Source: a virus
Lineage: Duplodnaviria > Heunggongvirae > Uroviricota > Caudoviricetes
IMG/VR virus record: IMGVR_UViG_3300045988_152627
Strand: one strand, 5' to 3'
DNA length: 46,969 nt
In this document: positions 1-9,583 of the stretch, one piece after another
How the letters are laid out: every line of letters begins with the position of its first letter
Position numbering within the stretch: position 1 is the first letter of the stretch
Program-made: the position numbers and the translations under genes
The notes under the pieces: generated by a model
Database searches by the model: none
What the model was told of the DNA's origin: nothing
The model's input: only the letters and a program-made list of their open reading frames with translations

Positions 1-119
1 AGTATTTCGAATCCAGGCAAGGATTGAGTCATTTTCAAAAGTAAGCCCACCGGACAAGGTATCGCCATTTTTTTGCACGGCGTTACCAGCCCTGTTTACC
101 GTTTCCTGCAAACCGAGGT
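1..119. repeat. Left arm of a perfect 119-bp inverted repeat (reverse complement of 46851..46969)
   Basis: Direct comparison of the first 119 bases with the reverse complement of the last 119 bases: identical, then diverging at 120. Confidence 0.9.
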
Positions 120-1476
120 ATTCGATAACGGCGGCAACGGTCGATTTCGCAAGAATATCCCGCCCGACTTTTGTCAGAGTTGCCAGGCTGGCGACATCAT
201 TCCCCGTAAAATACGGAAACCTGTCTGCCGCAGTAGCAAGCCCGGCCAGCGCCGTCAGGGTGGCATCTTTCGGTTGCTTACCCGCAAGCGCGTTAGTCAT
301 GGTGGTCGCAAAATTCGGGTCGTTGCCCAACGCCGCAGCCAGCTCGTTCAGCGTATTCAGTGCGTCAGGCGACGAGTCCACGAGGGCAGCGATCGCAGCC
401 ATAACGAAAGCCGTGCTTGCGATCTGAGTATTGTTAGTACCTTTTGGCGCAGTTGGTGTTGTTGGTGTTCCGGTCAGCGCCGGACTGTTCAGGGGCGCTT
501 TCTTGTTCGTTTCATCCATTACCACCTTTACAGCTTTCGATGTCGCGGCCAGTGTTTCAGACGTGCTGTTGGTGGCACTACTGAGCTGAGTTATTCCCCT
601 TACAGTCAGTGAAGCTACAGGCACATTTGTTATCTGCTCCCACGAATGCGTGTGATTGGACGGAGCCTTTCCGGCCGCAAGATCATACGCTGCCTTAACA
701 GCCTTTGGTGTTGCTGCTAGCGTTTCAGACGTGCTGTTGGTGGCACTACTGAGCTGAACAATCCCTTTTCGCGCTGTAGTAGCGTCCTGTGCGGTGTATT
801 TGCCATTAGCCAGGTCATATGCTGCCTTAACAGCCTTAGGCGTCGCAGCAAGCGTTTCAGACGTGCTATTGGTGGCGCTGCTAAGTTGAACAAAGCCTTT
901 TGAGGTTAAAGTTGCATCGGGATGATTACGTGATTGCTCATGTTTCACAATGGCTTGCTTAAGCCGCTTTGCTGAAACAGCAAGGGAATCATCTGTACCT
1001 GCATCAATTTCTTGTTCATTGGCAAATCTTGCTACCCCAACAACAGTTTCGGTTGCGGGAGGATTAATAAACTCAATATCACCAAATGTAATATTTTTAG
1101 TATCAAGAGTCTTGATTGCTATGTCACTTGATATTAAAGCAATAGTAGATGATGCTTTATTTATTATTGCTTGTTCTTGCGAGTATACAGCAAACAACGT
1201 TCCCTTATTTGTATACAATCCTATTGTATGGACAACATACTCATCTTTACTATCATCCTTCGCCGTTACATGAATTGTATCAGGGGAAACAACTTTGCCA
1301 CCTATTGTGGTAAGTCGTTTTATTTCGTCTGTTATATTTGTTTGTGAGGTTGACGTGACATAATATCTACTACCTAAACCAACAGAAACAATCTCAACTT
1401 TATTTGTTCCTGTTTTGTTGGCATTAACCAACTCCTGACGCCCGGCGTCAGTCATCGTAAATAATAATTTACTCAC
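1..1476 (-). CDS. Tail fibre protein, N-terminal constant part; 3' end runs off the window start (partial)
   Basis: Open minus-strand frame from GTG 1476 (RBS AAGGAA) or ATG 1455 to the window edge; three QLSSATNSTSETLAATPKAVK repeats, TPTTPTAPKGTNNTQIASTAFV and KQPKDATLTALAGL motifs typical of P2 H / Stf-type fibres. Confidence 0.85.
   Translation of the reverse strand, partial: MSKLLFTMTDAGRQELVNANKTGTNKVEIVSVGLGSRYYVTSTSQTNITDEIKRLTTIGGKVVSPDTIHVTAKDDSKDEYVVHTIGLYTNKGTLFAVYSQEQAIINKASSTIALISSDIAIKTLDTKNITFGDIEFINPPATETVVGVARFANEQEIDAGTDDSLAVSAKRLKQAIVKHEQSRNHPDATLTSKGFVQLSSATNSTSETLAATPKAVKAAYDLANGKYTAQDATTARKGIVQLSSATNSTSETLAATPKAVKAAYDLAAGKAPSNHTHSWEQITNVPVASLTVRGITQLSSATNSTSETLAATSKAVKVVMDETNKKAPLNSPALTGTPTTPTAPKGTNNTQIASTAFVMAAIAALVDSSPDALNTLNELAAALGNDPNFATTMTNALAGKQPKDATLTALAGLATAADRFPYFTGNDVASLATLTKVGRDILAKSTVAAVIEYLGLQETVNRAGNAVQKNGDTLSGGLTFENDSILAWIRNT
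103..128. other. gix/cix-like invertase crossover site, left copy
   Basis: TTCCTGCAAACC-GA-GGTATTCGATAA: two inverted 12-bp half-sites around a 2-bp core, resembling Gin/Cin/Hin sites; the homology boundary with the right copy falls just past the core. Confidence 0.6.
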
Positions 1477-1506
1477 GCTTAATTCCTTGAATTAACAAAT
1501 TGCGAA

Positions 1507-2088
1507 TTAGCACTCGCCAATTAATCGTACATAGGACACAGGCTGACAAGCACCAACAATACCAACACCACCAGAAACATTGGCAGCTTGCGAAAATGTA
1601 AATAATGTTCTTGCCGACTTTGCGCTCTTGATACTTCTTAACGTATCTTCCAACATCTCTTTCGAAGGAACGGCACCATCAAAAGAGTTAATCGAAGCAA
1701 CAATTGAGGCTGTATATGGTTCGCCAGGTGGTGATGTTTCAAACCATTCTGTTATATTTACCTCTCCACCCAAGCTATTTACTACATCTTCAACCGCTGC
1801 CCTTGTACCCTTTATTCGCTTTGTTCGTATTATTGATTTAAAAACAGAACGCTTTAACGATACAGGCCAACTATCCCTCCATGTATCAGCATTCCATTGC
1901 CAAGCTAAATGATCGAGAACAACTGAGTCCAGGTTATCAACAACACTATATATTTCTGTCTTATATATTAAATTGTTAATTGCTTGTAGTTCATCATCGA
2001 TAGCTTTCGACATAGCTATCACGTTGGGATCTCTAGCTAAGTTAGGAGGTAAAACATCCAACAAGCTAACATTAAAGATATCAGCCAT
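1507..2088 (-). CDS. Baseplate/tail protein, P2 gpI-like (Mu gp48-like)
   Basis: 193 aa, immediately upstream of the tail fibre and downstream of the J-like gene, the conserved P2/Mu order. Confidence 0.55.
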   Translation of the reverse strand: MADIFNVSLLDVLPPNLARDPNVIAMSKAIDDELQAINNLIYKTEIYSVVDNLDSVVLDHLAWQWNADTWRDSWPVSLKRSVFKSIIRTKRIKGTRAAVEDVVNSLGGEVNITEWFETSPPGEPYTASIVASINSFDGAVPSKEMLEDTLRSIKSAKSARTLFTFSQAANVSGGVGIVGACQPVSYVRLIGEC

Positions 2089-3205
2089 CCTCTAACCCCG
2101 CATACTGGCAATTTATATTTCTCTCTCTGGCGACCTGCGTCTCTCCAACCACAGTAAATACAGGACTTGATATTTCTAATCTTTTAGCCCCAGCATTTTT
2201 TAAACGTTGAATAATTTCATCTGGATTTATATCTCTTCCCATAACCGAACGTTGCCATTGTTTATACTCATCAATAGCTTTCTCAACCTCACTTTGAATT
2301 AAAGTTGTTCTGTTTTTGTCCGATGAGTTAATCCAGTATTTAATTATTATATCGTATTCAATGCTCTCTGGTTTCTTAACAAGAACTTTATCTGTGAATG
2401 GTCGAATATTAGTTGCAGAGAGAACGCTATTTATCTGCTCTAATAGTTCATCAGAAGGTATATCTCCGTTCTCTAACAAAGAACGGATTTCTACAGTTCC
2501 GGGCGATGGTGTATATACATTCACATCTTTTATATTCTGATTGGCTGTTCTTGTCCAATATTTATAAGAATCCTCCGGCCCTGCTGTAGACAGTTTTTCC
2601 GGCGACAGTTTTATTCTTTCAGCATAATTATCATCTGACTCTGTATCAGCACCAGAATTAGATGTTGTTAGATTCCTTACGCTGGAAACATACGGCAACG
2701 GAGTCACCAACTCGTTTATTTGCCCAGGTAAAAAGCCATTCCCCGATAAGCCAGGTATAACAGCATATCCTGAGACTGTACCAACTGTTTTCCCAGCTGG
2801 TATTTCCAACAAAACATCTGTTTGGAAAATAACACTATTTCCAGTTGAAATTTGAGTGCCAGCAGGTATTGTATATATCCCCGATAATTTTGTTGACAGC
2901 TTAAACTCAAATGTAGTCAAGGCAGATTGAGCTTCCAGCCTAGGCGTATCCGTCAGATAGCCTATATGGTCGAGATATTCACCCCCACCATATGTAAGAA
3001 GGTTTTGTTTTGCAGAAAAATCGATAGCTTTTCTTTGCTGTATAATAATCTCACACAATGACAAGATGAATAATCTACGTGGATCAGCAGGTGCTAATGT
3101 TTCACCTGTTATACTCTCAAAAGCCCTGATTGAACGAGTTGTTATATCAGTCGGGTTAGAATCTGCGAAAGTAATATCTGGCAAACCACCGCGCGGCAAC
3201 GTCAT
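2081..3205 (-). CDS. Baseplate J-like protein
   Basis: 374 aa; size and position between the W-like and I-like genes; start overlaps the upstream gene. Confidence 0.65.
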   Translation of the reverse strand: MTLPRGGLPDITFADSNPTDITTRSIRAFESITGETLAPADPRRLFILSLCEIIIQQRKAIDFSAKQNLLTYGGGEYLDHIGYLTDTPRLEAQSALTTFEFKLSTKLSGIYTIPAGTQISTGNSVIFQTDVLLEIPAGKTVGTVSGYAVIPGLSGNGFLPGQINELVTPLPYVSSVRNLTTSNSGADTESDDNYAERIKLSPEKLSTAGPEDSYKYWTRTANQNIKDVNVYTPSPGTVEIRSLLENGDIPSDELLEQINSVLSATNIRPFTDKVLVKKPESIEYDIIIKYWINSSDKNRTTLIQSEVEKAIDEYKQWQRSVMGRDINPDEIIQRLKNAGAKRLEISSPVFTVVGETQVARERNINCQYAGLEDG

Positions 3206-3522
3206 TCTCTAACTCCTATCACAAGTTTTGGCCTAATAAAACCATCAGAAACGTCCGTTCTTTCAAAAGTAACAGAATGGATAATCGCTCTAGGCTCAAA
3301 CTCACTAATTTTTTGAATTATTTCTCGTGTTGCTGTAGCAATAAAAATTGGGCTGGGGCTATCAACAAGACTTGAATTAACTCCTAATTTTCTGGCATAT
3401 GGTACAGTGCCAATCTGAGTATTAATAATAGTAGAGACATTTTGCAAAACTTCTTCTACAACTGTTTTGGGCGACCAATCAATCGAGTAAGAAGGTGATG
3501 ATATGGTAAACGTATTATTCAT
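3202..3522 (-). CDS. Baseplate protein gpW/gp25-like
   Basis: 106 aa, translationally coupled to the J-like gene; conserved position. Confidence 0.55.
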   Translation of the reverse strand: MNNTFTISSPSYSIDWSPKTVVEEVLQNVSTIINTQIGTVPYARKLGVNSSLVDSPSPIFIATATREIIQKISEFEPRAIIHSVTFERTDVSDGFIRPKLVIGVRE

Positions 3523-3986
3523 AATAATTTACCTAACGCACTTCTAGTTTTTGACTCTATATTGCCAGCAATATCAACTAATGCTTCTTTCAGAGAGGTC
3601 TGCCCGACTTCCTGTAATTTAATGCCGACGATAATCACTCGTGGATTTCCAGTTGGACCGAAATAAGTCCATGACTCCTCTATATCTGTAATTATAAAAT
3701 TACCAAAATACTGAATACCAATTACAACAGGATTTACTTCCTGAATTGATTGCATTGTCCTAAGTAATGAAAGCGCAGCCAATGGAACAATGCCAAGTGT
3801 TGTATCCAACCGCATATTAAAACTAACTTCATCCAGATCTGGACCTATATCCTCCAGAACAGGTTTAAGCCCAATAACATCATGGCGCGCTACACGACGC
3901 TTTGACGTCCTTTTAAAATTGTTGAACGTATTCACCACTATTGATGAGGCAACAAAAGGCATTGTACCAAGCATACCCACAATCAT
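3519..3986 (-). CDS. Tail protein, possibly gpU-like
   Basis: 155 aa between the spike and W-like genes; weak resemblance to the P2 U family. Confidence 0.4.
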   Translation of the reverse strand: MIVGMLGTMPFVASSIVVNTFNNFKRTSKRRVARHDVIGLKPVLEDIGPDLDEVSFNMRLDTTLGIVPLAALSLLRTMQSIQEVNPVVIGIQYFGNFIITDIEESWTYFGPTGNPRVIIVGIKLQEVGQTSLKEALVDIAGNIESKTRSALGKLL

Positions 3987-4603
3987 GCCTGAGCCTCCGT
4001 TGTCGGAGCGTATTCCCCCTGAGCTGTGTGATGGTGGCCTTTAGATTTAATCCCATCAACATCTATATCACCACCAACAACCTTAACATCCCCAGAAATT
4101 GTAGCTGCAACACCTCCAGCAGAAGATCCTTTCATTCCACCTTTGAAGGTTAGTAATCCTTCAACTGTAGCATTTCCGGTAATGATGGTTTCTGGAGCAT
4201 CAATAGTTACGGTTCCTGTAGCCTTAACGGTTACATCTCCGACAGCATCAACAAGGAGTAAATTAGATTCTCTGTCTACCTCAATACGAGTTCCGTTATT
4301 AAATCTAATGACGCGTTTATTAACCGTATTAGATGGCGGCTTCTGTGTTTCATCATAAAAACTACCAAGAATAAAACCTTGTTGCGGCCCTGCGGGATGA
4401 AAGATACACAAAACTTGCTCACCAATATCTGGCATCCAGTAATCAGCATTCTTATCCGTATTTTTCACAATAACTGATAACTTTGCCGAAGTGACGTTAT
4501 CCTGATCATCGAAAGTAACTCTTGCTGTAACATCACCATCATCAATATCAGAAACAACGCCAACTCTTATAGTCTGACGTAATAATGTTTCTAAATCATT
4601 CAT
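3983..4603 (-). CDS. Baseplate spike protein, gpV-like
   Basis: 206 aa; OB-fold-like N-terminus and Gly-rich C-terminus ending in GHHHTAQGEY; conserved position. Confidence 0.6.
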   Translation of the reverse strand: MNDLETLLRQTIRVGVVSDIDDGDVTARVTFDDQDNVTSAKLSVIVKNTDKNADYWMPDIGEQVLCIFHPAGPQQGFILGSFYDETQKPPSNTVNKRVIRFNNGTRIEVDRESNLLLVDAVGDVTVKATGTVTIDAPETIITGNATVEGLLTFKGGMKGSSAGGVAATISGDVKVVGGDIDVDGIKSKGHHHTAQGEYAPTTEAQA

Positions 4604-4605
4604 AA

Positions 4606-5607
4606 TTAATACCCATTAATTACTCTTCGGACATCAATCGAGGTGGTATAACCACTAGCCCCAATTGAATGCACAGCTTTCGATATAAGATATTTTCCAG
4701 AAAATGAACCGAATCCGTCCAGATTTATAGTTACACCAGCTACCAATCTGGTGTCTCCAACCAATACTAAAGCCCCTGTATTTTGATATCTATTTTTAAG
4801 CCGCAAAGCAGCCTTTGCCTTACGTTTTGCTTCATCTAAATTAGCTACCAGTTTTCTTATCTTAAGATTCGACCCTTCTTCTACGGATGGATCTACCCAA
4901 GTATACGAAAGCGACTTTCTTTTTTTAGGTACGCGATATTTGCACGTGCAACTTTTATACAAATCTGTAGATTGTGTGCTAAAGCTATATCTGATTATCT
5001 CATCAATACCTAACGTAAGCGTAGCGATAGGATCTTTTTGCTCAAACATCTCTTGAGCAAATATTATTAATTGGCTATCAGTGACCTTTAACGACAACCC
5101 TTCATCCTGGCAAAGTCGATGGAGAAATTTTAAATCGCTTTCCTCCATTTGATCTTCACGCGCATAATATGGATTACTATCACCATCAATAAGAAACAAC
5201 AGTTCAAGGTTAGCTAATTTAGCTATAGAAGTTGCTATATCTTTAAGAGTTGTTTTTTCCCATGCATTACTTTTTAAATCACGTCTAATGCCTGATGAAA
5301 CAGGAACAGAAACAGCAGTTACCTCAACAACAGAAGGTGGTCCAGAGCAAGTTATGCCATCTACCTGGAATTTCCCGCACTCAAGGACGATTTGATTTAT
5401 AGGCTTAAAGCTCAAATCAATAAAATCACCCTTTTTAGGTGTCCAGTCTCCAGACCATTTCCCATCATCATTTTTTAATATAATAGAAATATCATCGACC
5501 TGACCATCTTCATTATCTGTATAAGACATTGACAAAACATCAGGTGACATATGAGCGGTAATATTTACATTCTGATATATAACATCAAAAAGCGTTTTAC
5601 GTAACAC
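4606..5607 (-). CDS. Tail protein gpD-like (late control D family)
   Basis: 333 aa, immediately downstream of the X-like and tape measure genes. Confidence 0.55.
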   Translation of the reverse strand: MLRKTLFDVIYQNVNITAHMSPDVLSMSYTDNEDGQVDDISIILKNDDGKWSGDWTPKKGDFIDLSFKPINQIVLECGKFQVDGITCSGPPSVVEVTAVSVPVSSGIRRDLKSNAWEKTTLKDIATSIAKLANLELLFLIDGDSNPYYAREDQMEESDLKFLHRLCQDEGLSLKVTDSQLIIFAQEMFEQKDPIATLTLGIDEIIRYSFSTQSTDLYKSCTCKYRVPKKRKSLSYTWVDPSVEEGSNLKIRKLVANLDEAKRKAKAALRLKNRYQNTGALVLVGDTRLVAGVTINLDGFGSFSGKYLISKAVHSIGASGYTTSIDVRRVINGY

Positions 5608-5815
5608 TGTTGCGTCTCCACGGAGGCAAATTGTTTACTGATATTGGCATAACCGGAGCATCAGGAACTTTAAGAATAATTCCCGCAGAAAAAAGCACCG
5701 TAAAGCGGTGCTCAGTATTAGCATCAATAAGAAGATAAGACAGGTACTCATTACCATACAACTTTAACGCGATACTATCCCATGAGTCCCCTTGAACCGT
5801 TCTATAATCATCCAA
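5597..5815 (-). CDS. Tail protein X-like (LysM-like)
   Basis: 72 aa with a LysM-like pattern (YRTVQGDSWDSIALKLYG); sits between tape measure and gpD-like. Confidence 0.55.
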   Translation of the reverse strand: MDDYRTVQGDSWDSIALKLYGNEYLSYLLIDANTEHRFTVLFSAGIILKVPDAPVMPISVNNLPPWRRNSVT

Positions 5816-8600
5816 AACTTAATCTCCGTTGTTGGAACATATGAGCACTCAATTTCTTCTCAAAATCAGAATATCCCGCATCTAATGCTCTTTTAGCTGC
5901 CGCCTCAGTTTCCTTTGGTGAACCAGCCGGAAGATTGATTACAGGTGAATAGGTTATTCCACCAGTCACAGCGTTAACGTTCTGGCGAGTTCCAGAAGTC
6001 CCGGCGGCAGATATCCCGTGAGGTGATAAATTTGATTGCCCGAACTTGGTTGCTATTGCATTCTGTAAGCTGTTATTCCTGCTAACACCTGATGCCAGAG
6101 TAGTCATTATTGCCCCCCCTGACTTTGTTAGCTGTGTGAATGGACCTTTTTTCGCGTCAGAGAACGGTAAATACTCACGTACAGAAGAAAAAACGCCTTT
6201 CACTTCATTAATTAAAGCATTTGCTTTTGATTTTATCCCAGTGATTAACGTCTCAATTATTTTTGCACCTGACTCACTCCAGTTTATTCCAGATAAATAA
6301 GCCGTTACAGATTGGAATGCTCTTATAAAGAGTCCAACTGGTGAAAAACGCATAAAAACAGACACCAGTGTATCTATGATTTTCTTTCCTGTTTCACTCC
6401 AGTTAATGCCAGAAAGGTAATTTGTTGTAAGTTTAAATGCTTTAATTAAGAACGGAAGCGGAGACATCCATTTAAAAGCACTAATTAATGTACTGTAAAT
6501 TCTTACTCCTGCCGAACTCCAGTTTATGTTGGAAAGATAATCCCATGCTTTACCAAACATAGATATAATCCATCCATTGAGATCAAAGTTTAAGATAAAG
6601 TTTTTTATAGCTTCAAACGATTTAACTGTATATTCCTTAACAGAAGGCCAAACTCTGACAGCATAATCTCTGATCTTATCCCAGTTCTGATAGAGCAATA
6701 TTCCTGCGGCAACCAGCGCAGATATAGCCATCTGAATCCACCCGAAGGGTGTTAGCTTTGTCGCTACAGATAAAGCCAGCATAGCTACCCTACACGCTAT
6801 AACCACACTTTTCATGGTTAGAAACGCACCTGCCGCCATCACAATCTGAGACACAAAATTGGGGTTGTTAGCTACAAATTCACTAATTTTTGTAATCAGC
6901 GGAACCAAAACACTAAGCGCGGCATTCAAAGCAGGTTGCAAGGCCTGACCAAAACTTAATGATGCATTGCTAGCCTGAATACGTAATTGTTTCAATCGCT
7001 CCGCATTGTCTTTCGTTATGTTGGTAAAATCGCGGTCAATAACAGCACTTCCAGCACCAAGAGATGTTGCTTTGATTCTCTGGTATTCCTTCCAGTTTTG
7101 AATCATCGGACGAACAAAGTTCTGAACCTGCATATCGCCAAATAGCTCACCAAGTAACTTCTGATCTCCGTTCTTAGTCATTTTCATGACAGAATGCATT
7201 GCAGCTTCGAATGGATTCTTCCCTTTTTTCTGCGCTGTTGTGACAATTTTATATAAATCTACACCGAAATTTTTCTTTGCTTTTTTTAGTGTTTCAGGGG
7301 AAAGTATTTTCGCCAAAAAGTTGTTCATGTTATTAGCAGCCTCATCCGAAGTTGCAGCACCTTTGCGAGCTATCTGCAAAGCTGCCCCCATCGTCGCGGC
7401 GGCTTCTTTACCTCCCATTTTTAATGCCTGGAACTGGGCACCAAGCACAGGAAGATTTTTGGCCATATCTTTAAATTCAAAGTTTCCCTCTTTCCCTGCC
7501 TGAACCAGAATCCCCATTGCAGACTTCATTTGAGATGGATCAATCTTCAATGAGTCACTTAATGTAAATGATGCTTTCGAGACATCGAGGATATCAGAGC
7601 CAGTAGCTGTAGCTGTTCGCCCAATAGTTAGTAGATTCGCCTGAGCCTCTTTATAATCCTGCCCAGCAGCGACAAGAAAACCCTGAGCGGCCTGAATATC
7701 AGATGCAAACTGGTTGGTGGCCGTTCCGGTAACAAGCATCGCCTGCCCCATCGCCTGAACTTCTTCCGGCTTCATATCTGCCGTAAGACCAATCATTTTG
7801 TTTTCACGATTGAAATTTGCTGCATTGTTAGCAGCAGCAAATGCACCAGCCGCTACAGCACCAGTTTGTAATCCTGACCTTACAAGTTGACTCTTTGCCT
7901 CACCAAGATGCTCTCGCTTCAATTCACGCTGCCTTTCCAACGCGCGGTTTAACTCCTCCTGAGCACGTTTTACTGCAAGAACATTTTTCCGTGCTTCAGC
8001 CAACGCATTTTTATAGCTGTTAATTTTATCAATACGTTGTTTTTCTAATGCCCGGTTAAGTTCCTCCTGCTGTTTTTTCACTTGCTGAACATTTGCTCTG
8101 GCTAAAGCCAAAGCCGTTCTGTAGCGGTTAACCTGCTCAACGCTACGGGCCTGAGCCTCACGATTACGATCAATGCTTGCTTTAAGCTCTTTCTCTCTTG
8201 AGGCTAAAGCTCTGGCAGATGTATCAGCTCCCTGATACGCAGACTTTAAAGCGGCCAGTTCTTCACGCTGAGAACGTAGTGATGCTCGTAAATTTGATGA
8301 ATGTGTTTTTGCCTTCTCAAAGTCACGAAGCATCGCTCTGGTTGGATTGGCCGTGTTTTTTATTTGCTTCTGTAACTCTTCAACGCGAGCAGCAGCTTTA
8401 TGATATTCGAGGGCAGTCTGTCCAACCTTTACTTTTACAGATTGTAGCTTTTGAATTTCCCCATGTTCTTTCGTTAATCCAGCAAGCTCTGCATTTAATT
8501 TAGCAACAGCCTGATTAGCTGTAGTAAAACTTTTGGGGAGAGAGGCGGCAACTTTGCCGCCAATTTCAAAAGCCAGCTTAAAGTTCTTATTGCTGGCCAT
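5808..8600 (-). CDS. Tail tape measure protein
   Basis: 930 aa; N-terminal coiled-coil repeats, central hydrophobic segment; follows the frameshifted chaperone pair. Confidence 0.85.
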   Translation of the reverse strand: MASNKNFKLAFEIGGKVAASLPKSFTTANQAVAKLNAELAGLTKEHGEIQKLQSVKVKVGQTALEYHKAAARVEELQKQIKNTANPTRAMLRDFEKAKTHSSNLRASLRSQREELAALKSAYQGADTSARALASREKELKASIDRNREAQARSVEQVNRYRTALALARANVQQVKKQQEELNRALEKQRIDKINSYKNALAEARKNVLAVKRAQEELNRALERQRELKREHLGEAKSQLVRSGLQTGAVAAGAFAAANNAANFNRENKMIGLTADMKPEEVQAMGQAMLVTGTATNQFASDIQAAQGFLVAAGQDYKEAQANLLTIGRTATATGSDILDVSKASFTLSDSLKIDPSQMKSAMGILVQAGKEGNFEFKDMAKNLPVLGAQFQALKMGGKEAAATMGAALQIARKGAATSDEAANNMNNFLAKILSPETLKKAKKNFGVDLYKIVTTAQKKGKNPFEAAMHSVMKMTKNGDQKLLGELFGDMQVQNFVRPMIQNWKEYQRIKATSLGAGSAVIDRDFTNITKDNAERLKQLRIQASNASLSFGQALQPALNAALSVLVPLITKISEFVANNPNFVSQIVMAAGAFLTMKSVVIACRVAMLALSVATKLTPFGWIQMAISALVAAGILLYQNWDKIRDYAVRVWPSVKEYTVKSFEAIKNFILNFDLNGWIISMFGKAWDYLSNINWSSAGVRIYSTLISAFKWMSPLPFLIKAFKLTTNYLSGINWSETGKKIIDTLVSVFMRFSPVGLFIRAFQSVTAYLSGINWSESGAKIIETLITGIKSKANALINEVKGVFSSVREYLPFSDAKKGPFTQLTKSGGAIMTTLASGVSRNNSLQNAIATKFGQSNLSPHGISAAGTSGTRQNVNAVTGGITYSPVINLPAGSPKETEAAAKRALDAGYSDFEKKLSAHMFQQRRLSFG

Positions 8601-8605
8601 TAGTA

Positions 8606-9036
8606 TTAATCCTCATTAAACACGTCAATCCATGCGACGATTCGCCTCAACCGAAGCGAAAGCCAGTAGGATATAGGTGTTGATTGAGATGATTGAGATA
8701 GAGAACTCGCGGCCCTCATTATTTGCTTATCAATAGATTTTTGCTCATCAAAACCTACGAGAGCAAAAAATTCTGTACCTTTTGACAAACTTTAACAAAG
8801 TCTTTCGCTGGTAATCCATTCAGATACTCTATTGGACGACCAATACAGCGAGCAGCCAAGGCTGCATGGACTTTATTATCAAGTGATGTTTGAACTGAAA
8901 CATGCCCTTGAGATTGCAGTAAGTCCGACACCTCTAAAATATCACTGCCTTTTAGGTTGTCTAAATCAAGGTTGAGTTCAGTCACCGGCTCAAAGTCTTC
9001 AAAACGATATTCTTTACTTAATTTAACGGTTTCCAT
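8606..9036 (-). CDS. Tail assembly chaperone E+E' (-1 frameshift product)
   Basis: Slippery T_TTT_TTG on the minus strand (plus 8764..8770); the -1 frame continues exactly into the 60-aa ORF 8606..8788 (FFALVGFDEQ...). Confidence 0.6.
8755..9036 (-). CDS. Tail assembly chaperone, gpE-like (0-frame product)
   Basis: 93 aa between tube and tape measure; ends in AAT TTT TTG carrying a slippery heptamer. Confidence 0.7.
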   Translation of the reverse strand: METVKLSKEYRFEDFEPVTELNLDLDNLKGSDILEVSDLLQSQGHVSVQTSLDNKVHAALAARCIGRPIEYLNGLPAKDFVKVCQKVQNFLLS

Positions 9037-9045
9037 TTTGTCACC

Positions 9046-9567
9046 TTATAAACCTAAATCATCACGAACGCTTTTTAATATATCTTCACCATCAAAGATA
9101 CAAATAAAGTTCAACTTATCAATTTCCAGGACTTCTTTTCCATCAATAAATAATTTGATATAGAGAACTTCAAATTCATTCTCTGAATCAGTAGCCTTTG
9201 CCACCTGTAGCGAACCTAAATCCAGTTTTTTAGGGTTTAGCTTCATTGAAGCCCGAATAGGAACCGTTTTATATTTTCCTGTTCCTGCATCATAAACCTG
9301 CTGGCTACCGCGAAAATCTACCTGATGCGATGAGGATAGAAATAATTTTGTACCAGCAGAGGTCAGAGTTCGCCATTTAAGAGAGACAGTCATTGGTTTG
9401 AAATGCCCCAGCGTTCCGCTCTCAAGCTCTCCAGCGATACCTGCACCACTAACAGTTTCTGTCATCATCTCAATTGATGGCAGCTTTGCGTCAGCAACAC
9501 CGATAATACGGTTTCCCTCACCGTATACTGTAAAGTTAATAAGTCTCTCAGGAATTTGATTGCTCAA
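9046..9567 (-). CDS. Tail tube protein (FII-like)
   Basis: 173 aa immediately downstream of the sheath gene. Confidence 0.7.
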   Translation of the reverse strand: MSNQIPERLINFTVYGEGNRIIGVADAKLPSIEMMTETVSGAGIAGELESGTLGHFKPMTVSLKWRTLTSAGTKLFLSSSHQVDFRGSQQVYDAGTGKYKTVPIRASMKLNPKKLDLGSLQVAKATDSENEFEVLYIKLFIDGKEVLEIDKLNFICIFDGEDILKSVRDDLGL

Positions 9568-9583
9568 AGCAACCTCCTATTAT

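Noticed and set aside
73-1273. Plus-strand ORFs 73..612 and 950..1273 in the ORF track
   Set aside because: They lie antisense to an uninterrupted minus-strand frame with strong tail-fibre motifs. Their products are Arg/Cys-rich low-complexity sequences with no RBS, most likely artefacts of the GC-rich repeat-containing fibre gene.
5808-8600. 930-aa coiled-coil protein as an SMC-like or chromosome-partition protein
   Set aside because: Its position between tail chaperone and baseplate genes, central hydrophobic segment and length proportional to a contractile tail identify it as the tape measure protein.
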